Source: Trichoplax adhaerens
Taxonomy: Eukaryota > Animalia > Placozoa
NCBI RefSeq assembly: GCF_000150275.1
Contig: NW_002060944.1
Span: forward strand, 4,778,123 to 4,842,122
Length of the DNA stretch: 64,000 nucleotides
Direction: 5' to 3'
The notes beneath the pieces are model-generated. The model was not told the DNA's origin and ran no database searches. It worked only from the letters and a program-made list of their open reading frames with translations. Numbering within the stretch: the stretch's first letter is position 1; the number at the start of each line of letters is the position of its first letter. Shown here piece after piece: positions 54,454 through 64,000 of the stretch. A program made the translations under genes and the position numbers.

Positions 54454-57400
54454 ATGGCTGATACAACAGGGAGAAGATCATCACAAGCTAATAGCTTAGA
54501 AGATTTATTTAATTTATTAAGCTCCAAGGACGCTGCTTGGAGCCAGCAAGCTAAAACAGTCATTATCGACGGATTGATTAATTCAGCTCGTGCCGGAGAG
54601 ACCAGCAGCTGGTTACAAAATCATTTAATTGATTACTACATGAGAACAGGTTGTGAGAATGCAGCTGAGATATTAACTAAAATACAAGATTCTCAAGCTC
54701 GTGTGAGTCAATTTAATTGGTATAATACGGAGATAGATGTACATGATACAGTATGTTATTAATTTACTATGTTACATTTGTACGATCATTTCCTGAACGA
54801 GATATCAAATGATGATTGCTAAACCTAAGCCTAAAATTATTGCTCATACTACACAGTCTATTCTCCTTATACTCGTACTTGTACGTTTCAGCTTCACAGC
54901 TACGTCGATAGGGATAGAATTCCAATCTGTTGTAATCCATAAGTGTCTGTATACACTGTACGAATAATAGTAGAATGCCAATTTAACTGTAATTTTCTCT
55001 ATAAATGTTATTCAAACTTATTTATGCACTAGATTCATTGCTAGCCAAAAAAAACAGTTCTATAATTGAGTCGATTTTCAAGCTTATCACTATGTGGAGC
55101 ACTAGAACCCATAAAGATCTTTGCATATGATTTATAATGTATTCTGTATCCTGTTATACCACAATGTAAGATAAAAGATCTTTAATAGTCACCATTGGCT
55201 ATAATGAGTATTACCTTGTATTTAAAAATTGAATGTAACATTAGTAACACAGCGATAATAGCCATTTTGTTCTTATAGATTAATTCTTTCTCAATTGTAT
55301 TTATGTAGTTCTTATTCGATAAAATCAACGCCAGCCTATCCAATGGTAATACCTGCTTACAAGCCGTAAAACTACTTGGAAATATTGCTAGAAGTCAAGT
55401 ATGTAGCTGCTATAAGTCTGAATACTTACTGTAGACGTAATGATAAAAATACCAAAGTGATTTCCATTAACTAAGTCATGTAATACGATCCTCACTAAAT
55501 TCTCAGTGTATTACCCTTTCATAATTCACAATGGAGAATTAGGAGATAATGTCTTTCGAAAATTGTTGCAACTGCAGTGCAAATAGAATAAGCTAAACGT
55601 ATCTCAGTATGATACAATTTATACTGTAATTATTACATACGCCAGCAAGATGATCAAAGAGTTTACTGAAACATATTTCATGCTTCCTATGTGTTACAAA
55701 AGTAATAAATTTTATTTATAAATATTAGCCATCCTGGTTGTATCGAATTGGAAATAATGCTGCGGTACCAACTCTTCTCAAGTGTCTTAAGGTGCAAAAT
55801 AGCTTAAGAATTTTACTTGATAAATTATAATAAATATAACGCTAAGAAATCATTCTTGATTATTTGCCCATGTTAGAGTCAACAAGATGCTGAAGTCCTT
55901 ATAGGTGGCATTCTAACCCTAACAATTTTATTGCCTTCAATGCCTACCTTAGTTAAACCTTACATGCCAGAAATGGTTGAGATTTATATAAGATTAGCCA
56001 GTTGGAGAATAAAGAAGCCAGGTAAATAATGTTTAATTTACAACGAAACAAATAGGACTGCTAGTAAAATGCAATACACTGTAAATAATATACAGCATAT
56101 TGTTAGTGGACGCTAGTAAGCATAATAGCTTGAACACTATTATTTCTTAGTTTAGTGAAAGCCTTTACTTTGCAATTTATTCGTTTGAATTTAAACCATT
56201 TCATTGTTTGTAAATGTCTTTATGGACTGTGAAAATATTAGGTCACATCCCGGATCTATTCCTGCAGCATTTACTTATTGCAGCTAATGTTTTCTTCCAA
56301 CGTTTATATGGCATGTTTCCATGTACATGTATGTCGCTATTAAAGGCTTTTTGTAAAAGTAAAGCCAACAGAGACATTTTCGACAAAGCACTTCAAGTGA
56401 GTTCTTTCCTGCTATTCCTTTTTCTTAAAAATTTAATAGTAACGACGTATTTACCATTGTAGCCATTATTAGGCCAATTACGATTCCATCCTATGCTGGT
56501 TACCTCTGATTGCGATGAAGAATCACAACCCGATAGGTATCCTATTTAGTTTTAAGTGCATGTGGTACTGCTAAGTATTTGTTTAGTTGTAACGGTAATT
56601 TTGACATCACGAGTTAATTACGGTATGACTTATTGATAAAGTTTTACTGCCACATTTTCACTCTCTACGTATAATATTTATACTTATTTTAGAAAATAGT
56701 AACTTATACTTATAATAAACTGTAGATGGAAAAAATTAGAGCCTTATGAAATTGTTGTTGAATGCTCAAAGTTTGCATCCGGCATTTATGATGATCGATA
56801 CAACGAAAACTATAGGGAATCGGCATTTATTCCTCGTCGGTGTCCTCATACTTATCAGGTTGTCAGTGATGGATTACCAGATAGGGCGCCTAATAATACA
56901 TGGAGACAGAACTCATCTACAACTGCTGAAATGAATGATATTAATAGAATTTCGAGATCAAACTCTAACAGTGCTTCTATCGTATCTAAGACCGACACAG
57001 AAACTGATAAACAACCTGAGATTGAGAAAGTTGATGCATCCTTGGAGCACGCTACAGTCGCTACTGTTACGACTAATAAATTAGATAAAATACCATTGGT
57101 AGCTTTTCGAGATTCCCATGAATTATGGAGTCCCTCATTGCTGCTCGATGTCGATTCTCCACCCACTTCTCCAGATCTTAATCGAAATAACCCTACTCGT
57201 ATCTCAACTCCTGGAAAGTCGTCTGAGACGCATAATCGTTTGGTCGATTCACCTATTCATGCAGCGCCTCCAGATACGATCAATACCTCAAATTTTACAA
57301 ATTCTATGACGAAATTTACGCATCAAACGAATATTAGCAAAGAAATCTTATCACCAACGAAGCAGAACGATTCGTTGGATCAGGAGAAATTTACCGACTT

Positions 57401-60192
57401 CAAATATTCGACACCAAAGAGAGTACTCGGTGATTCACAAGATGATATTGTAATTAATCAATCTGCTACTGATAACATTAAACAGACAGCTGATGATCAA
57501 GCCCTTATACATCGAAAGATATCAGAGGGAAAACTAAGAAAGAAAGTATCAACTGCAGCCGTTCCTGTCAGAAAAGTGAGCACTGTATTTAATAAGCGAT
57601 ATGTGCAATTTTTTAGAAAGTACATTTTTAATAGCTATGAACTCTCTTAATTATTATAGGAGTTAGGTTTGGCGTCTAATACTGAAGTACAAGATCCCGC
57701 GGATAATAAAGTGATTCCAAATAGAATATACTCTCTTACCAGCATGGACTTATTTACGTCAGATAATATAAATCAGGAAGATGCACATGGATTACCGGAC
57801 ATACATTCTTGGCCTCCCAATGCTTATTTATTAAATGACAGCAAATTAAAAGAAGTAGGAAATGAATGTAGTTTGCTGTAAAATCTCGCGTGACAATGGC
57901 TTATATTATGAATATTCCTATGATACTGTAGGATTCTACGGAAGATATACTTACGGATAATTTGCATCATTCCTTCAAGCCCAAAGAGAGTCCGTTTGAA
58001 AGCTCTCAAAGTAAAATTGAAGATGATACTGCAACTGATAATAAAGATTTTACTTCTAGCTCAGCAGTAAAGGAGAAAAACTTTACGAATACGGATAGCG
58101 AGTCTACTGCTGATTTAGGTACCAGTGTACAATAAATAGTGACATTTTTATCTTACTACGAAATTAGGATATGATGAATAGCTAATCAGTAGCGATTATA
58201 ATGCTGTACTTACCATTCTATTTTATTTAGATAGCAAATTAGCACATCAGAATGCTTCGTTGAGTTCATATATTAATCTGATGGATGCTGCTTTACGATC
58301 ACCAATAATGGGTGCTCCATTAAACCAACGAACAGCTAGCGTTGCTCCTGTCTTGAATGATTCTTTCCAAGACTTTAGTCCTAAAACATCGTCTGATTGT
58401 CATTCTTGGATTTATCCATCTTTTACTAGTTTTGAAGAATATCTAACTCTGGCAAGCGAAATTCACTCTGAAGAACTTAAAAGGTAAGTCTAATCAAATC
58501 AGTCATTACGTACTCGTGCTTAAATTTATTTTTAAAATTCTCTATTAATGGCAATCTATCACTTTTGAGACAGAATACCTCTAGTTGATCGCTTTGATAC
58601 TACTTGGAATTATTTTGGTGGATCAGCTCCTGCCGATGAGGTAACAATATTCAAAGGCCAAACGCGTTTGCTTTTAAATCAGCTTTTGTTTGAGCGGTAT
58701 CAAACGGAAATGTACGCACAACGTAATCGCCAGCTGGTGGGAAGAACTTATAGGCTAAATGCCCTTGAAGAGGAATGCTTAGCAATGGTTAGTTGTTTAA
58801 TCTATTCGATCAATAAAACTCTTGGACGTGAACATTTTTTGTCTGTATTGTCGTAGAAAGATCAACTTCGTTTCCAAGAAGCCGAAATTCATCACTTAAA
58901 ACTTTACTTAAAGTTACAAGAGGAAGAACAACGGTATAAATATTACTCAATCTTATTATGTTTACATGCTAAAAATACTTCTTTGTCAATATAATTTTGC
59001 AGGAGGGTTATAGAAAATAGAGAAACTTGGGAATCTGACATGAAATCCAGAGTACGGTACGTTCCGGATATTAGTTTTATATTTACGTCTGCACTAATAT
59101 CTGTGTAATTTTTAGCCATTGCATAACTGTCGTTTTTAAATTAGAACTTTGAATAATGAAAAATTGCAATTACAACGAAGAATTGATCAGTTATCAGACA
59201 AGCTATCAGTAGTATTATCGCAATCTGATCGTATAAAACAGGTACGCATATTTCTAGCATGGCATACAACGCAATGACGTATTGCTTTTACCGTTAACAT
59301 AGTGTTGTATATACGCAGGAGCTAAGTATGACCAAAGCAGAGTTATTTGATGCTACATCTAAATTGAAACGGCTAGATCAACTAGAAATCAAAAATAAGG
59401 CTGTGATTGAAATGGTATACAAAATTAGCTAGTTAAATCTTGCGATCAGTCTAATCTAACTTACGTTAATCTATCACTACAAAAACAGAATGATCGCTTA
59501 AAGAATGAATTAGTCCTTCTAGGCGAATATTGCAATCAGCAACTTGAGTCTAATGAAAATAGCTTAAGAGCCAGTTTATTAAAAGCAAAGCAGCAGGTGT
59601 TATCGTATGACTCGGAATTATCAGGTTAGTTGCGACATTGCAATATTTTGCCCTTGCAATCTACACTTGTATAATCAAATTGTTACCCTTGATGCTAGCG
59701 CGAAATGAGGCATTTCAAAAACAAGACATCCAGTTGGAATCGATGAAATGTCAAATCACAGATCTTGAAAATCGAATTAAATCAAAGGTAAAATGAAAGA
59801 GTTTATAACTTATCGAAATACAAAATTAAAATTAAATACCATTTTAATGTAACGTAGGAGTTAGCGTTAAAATTAGAAAAGGACATGTTGAAGGAGTCAA
59901 AAGATATTCATGCATCCGAGATTGAAGTAAGTCCAATATTTCGCAAGTCACAACAGTATAAATTGGCAATATACTAATTGATAAGGAATACCTCGCAATT
60001 TAGGTTATCGAGCGAAAATATAAGAGTTTACAAAGGATTTGTCGTAAATATGAATCATATATCCTAAAACTTCACTCACAGTTGGAAATAATACAGAAGG
60101 AAAGTGGATTAAAAATTTCAGCAGATTCGGATACACAACTAAGTGCTGATTCTTTACAAACTACGATTTATAAAGAAGCAGAGGCAATTTAA
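54454..60192 (+). CDS. TSC1: Hamartin (tuberous sclerosis 1), multi-exon
   Basis: N-terminus LEDLFNLLSS...LIDYYMRT...EILTKIQD, PSWLYRI, FFQRLYGMFPC, RFHPMLVT, RWKKLEPYEIVVEC, WNYFGGSAPADE...LLLNQLLFERYQTEMYAQRNRQL, then a C-terminal coiled coil. First exons 54454-54702, 55309-55398, 55729-55791, 55877-56021, 56242-56396, 56463-56536. Confidence 0.95.
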
Positions 60193-60830
60193 TTAATTAA
60201 CATTAATATTTTAAGTATTCGTAACCTAGAATAGTTCATCTGATATAGCTAACTCAACTATCCCATTAAAAATGATCCCATATAATAATATTAAATGAAA
60301 ATATTCATGTACTAATTTAAAATTAAGCAAGTACAATTTGTTATACTGTATACAATATTAAAGTTAAAGAATAGCATTTATCAATTGATTGATAATCTTG
60401 GATAACTTTAAAAGTTAACAGAGCTAACGATGTCGCAATGTAATTGCTCAAATTTTGTAAATTTCATGTATTTGATATTGTTTCTCTAATTGATAATTGT
60501 GCTTTATTCAATTCCAAATTTGTTTCATTAAAACATCAAGGTAATATATATGCTATTGCAAGTTCATGAATTTTGAATCAATTAAATAGAATTTTATAAG
60601 GCTACAGCTCTGTATTTTTGAATGTTAAATTTAATTCAGCGATCAAATAGCAAATTTATTTTACAATCATATTCATGATATGCTCGATAATCGATTCGTC
60701 ACTACACGGTAAGCAAATTTTAATTACATCCTTAAATTATTATACATTATGTGCGATAGAAGCTTTGAAGACTATGATCTTTGAGTTTATTTCAATTTCA
60801 CTTATAAGTTCTGGTGAGTTACAAGAGCAT

Positions 60831-63800
60831 CTACGAATATATTCTGGCCTCGCATAAATCGAGTAAGCACTTGAGTCGATCAATTTCCCGATTGCAATAC
60901 CTGTAGAACTTTTTTCTAGCTATAACTAGTAAAATTTCGTAAAATCCATCAAAATCGAGTAATTTTCCATTGTTATGTACAGTATTAATGGCTTTACAAG
61001 AGTATCCATATCGATAGTTACGAGTCATGTTGATAAATAGTACATCTAAGTCGGCGATACATATTTCTTTGCTGGGTATTCGGCAAGCCCTGAAATAAAC
61101 AGAGATTAAAGTACGTATTGCGAGTTAGTAATCTTCTAATTTTATCCGAAGTCACATCTTTGATTAGTTATAATTCAATAGCCTGGATAAAACATATGCA
61201 TTGTAACGTATAGTTTGCAAGAATTCTAGTTAACCTTATGAATTGGCGAAAAAAGGACAAAGACATCGTTCTCGTATCATTGCGGCATGAAAATTTTTGA
61301 TATATCTTGCAACACCTTTCAATAATTCTTAGCTCTGAATATTCTTCACTTAACTTTGGAAAAATATTACTAAATTGGATAGTTGTTTTTTCGATATTTT
61401 CTGTATTATGTGAAATTTTCACTTTACTACAATGAGTACAAAATATTTACATATTAAGTTCAATCCGAAGCAAGCCTGACTTAGATTTCGTTTCACATTA
61501 AATGTAAGTTAACCTGGACATTAATATTAGCAACTTAGTCGATAGGTGTAGTAACAAATTACCTTGCTTTGAATGATGGCTGGACCAATTTTAAAGTTTC
61601 GGCAATTAGTTGGCACTTTATATATTCATCAACTGGACTAATTACATTCGAAGATATTCCTCTCTTATTATACCGTTCGTGCTCTATATTTAAGCTTGGG
61701 TTCGCATTAACTTCAAGTAAATGTGGTTTTAAATCTTCGTCCAGTATTACATCAAAACCTAAGATCTAATATCGATGATTAGGCTATTAATGTAACTACA
61801 GGGTAATATTTCAATAAGAAATATGTAGAACAATATGTTGTATACATTTAAAGTTAAAGCTAAAACAAGGAAAAATTGATCTTCTAGTGCGTCGATAGCC
61901 TATTATTATTATTAATATGCCACTATTAAGTAAAAATTATACTGTGCTAACTGTATAACTACTAACAACAGCGTTATTTAATGAGAATAAGTCTAAATAT
62001 TATCATAAAAGAAGTCGGTAAGGTAATTTAAATTCCAAATCATTATGTAATTAACTTAAACTAGCACAACTTTACTTACATGGAAACAGCTAAATTTGTT
62101 ATCTGGTACTTTATGAATTGCATTCCAGCTATCAAATTCAATTTTTAAACTTGGTAACATTGCAATAATTGTTTTAGCGACTAATTGTTCGATAGCAAAC
62201 CAAATAATATCAATAGAGTGACCCAAATTTTCCATATTTTTTAATACCGAAGATATGGTTCTTTTACTACCTTCGTGGGGATTATTCATCAATACAAATG
62301 ATGGATTACTTTTATTTAATGAATAATTGGTCAAATGCATACAAGTTTGTCTAAGATTTTTTAAATTTGGTATTTGATACGGCACAGTACAGAATCTTGC
62401 TAGACCATCACGGAATATATAAGTTTCGAGTGGATTTAAATTAGTTAATACGGCATATAATCTTAAATCGAATTTAAAGCCATCAATTAAATACGGATTT
62501 GATATATACTTTTGTATAACAACTGCTTCAGTGATTTGAAAATATAACGCTTCCAGTTGCTTTAAACCTTGCAATAGAAATATACCACGACCTTCGGAAC
62601 CTCCATCAGGTTTAACAATAAATGTAGTACTATTTAACTCCTTCGGGCTTAATTTCATTACTTCAGTCATCATTTCTTGTAATGCAATCCAAGTTCGAGG
62701 ATAAAAGGAGAAATGCTTAGGAAATAGGGATCGTAGTCGATTTAGTAAATAAGCAAATTTTGCTTTACAAACTATTTCCTTCATTCCTATAAAGTAAGAT
62801 TATAATTACGTTATAGATATTTCAAGCTGTAGCAGAAATACTGTTGATCTAAACACATTTTATTTTAGCATATTATTGGCTTTATAGAGTGTCATTTATT
62901 CTTAAGTCATTTAAGTCATTTATTCTTAAGTGTAATACCAAAAAAATGTAGCAATAATTCTATAAAAACTGGTCATACTACTGATGCAATATTACCTGGA
63001 AATTTATTGACTTTTCCTTGAATAAATCTTTCTCGACTGGTTAAAGATTTTTCATGCCAATAAATATCACAAGACTTTACGTACAGAATGTCCCAACGTT
63101 CCTAAATTATTTTTAAAATTATAGTTAAAGTCGGTTTCAAAATTTAGGTAGTATTGATTTGAGTACTTTAAAAGTGATAACAAATGAAATCGTATTACAA
63201 TACTGGCATAGTGCAGGTATTTCATTGTCTGTAGTAATGTAAAGTACTATGTTGAAGTAGATGCATACTTTAGAACATCTTGTAGAATTGAGTAAAGAAA
63301 CAACAGCATAAGCTAATAGAGTAATTTACAAATGATTCTATTTCTTAGACAGAAGTCAATAAATCAATACTAGACGGTAATTAAATATAGGCTATTAGCA
63401 TTATTCAATCTTGGTTGAATGAATACTATTTGATGTTAAACTATTTTATAAGAGCGAAGTAAATAAATTAGTAGTAAGCTTATCCTGAATGTGTTTAATA
63501 TACGTCAAGTAGAGCATGGATAAAAGAAATTCGCTAATCGGTAGAGCTGACGCTGGCTATTACTGTTGCTGCGATGACACTATGGCAGCATAGGTTTAAT
63601 TCATCATGACATGGCGCTTCAATTTCAACTCTATGTAAACTGCATGGATAGAAACTGTTGGATGCAGTTACTCAGATTTGATTTCAATTATAATTTTTTT
63701 AATTAAAAATTTAGTAGAAGAATAATAATCTTAGTTGACATGCAATAGCTTTCATAAAAGTAATGCTATAAAATTTTGAATGTTATTGGCTAATCTTGTA

Positions 63801-64000
63801 GTATTATATGATATACTGTATGTAGACTGTAATTTCAGCGAATTACTGTTATGTTATGTACTGCAGATATTGATTTGAAATTATCTTTATTTTAGTCATG
63901 GAATGTAAAGAATGAAACTTTAACAAAGTTGGCAATTATACGCTCGTATACTACGATATTAGAACTTATATCAATATCAACAAAAACAGTTCGGTGGAGC
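60831..64000 (-). CDS. TTLL11: Tubulin polyglutamylase, TTLL11-like, 5'-partial. Exons >64000-63919 (tentative), 63101-62996, 62786-62080, 61765-61563, 61426-61235, 61089-60831
   Basis: CDIYWH...GKVNKFPG-MKEIVCK, FYPRTW, FIVKPDGGSEGRGIFL, IQKYISNPYLIDGFKFDLRLY, HLTNYSLNK, ILGFDVILD...LLEVNANPS, and a C-terminal IADLDVLF...LLDLCE. Confidence 0.85.

Overview
AT-rich, intron-containing early-branching animal genomic DNA with short GT-AG introns. Gene content and style resemble a placozoan such as Trichoplax, but that is inference only. In order: SEC16-like COPII scaffold (-, runs off the left edge); ISCU Fe-S scaffold (-), which has a candidate alternative first exon lacking a mitochondrial presequence; a tandem trio of D-cysteine desulfhydrase/ACC deaminase-family copies (one intact, two decayed), with a Tc1-like MITE upstream of the intact copy; an ankyrin-only gene built from 24 consecutive phase-0 exons of about one repeat each; a tandem pair of trypsin genes (first a pseudogene, second intact); a tektin-like/CCDC105-like gene (-); TSC1/hamartin (+); and a TTLL11-like polyglutamylase (-, runs off the right edge). 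Three GC-rich, strongly base-paired non-coding islands (about 5.43-5.56, 9.18-9.33 and 10.55-10.82 kb) match no RNA family I can confirm. TACAGTA/TACTGTA palindromic clusters recur near gene 5' ends. All exon coordinates were read by hand from splice sites and reading frame.
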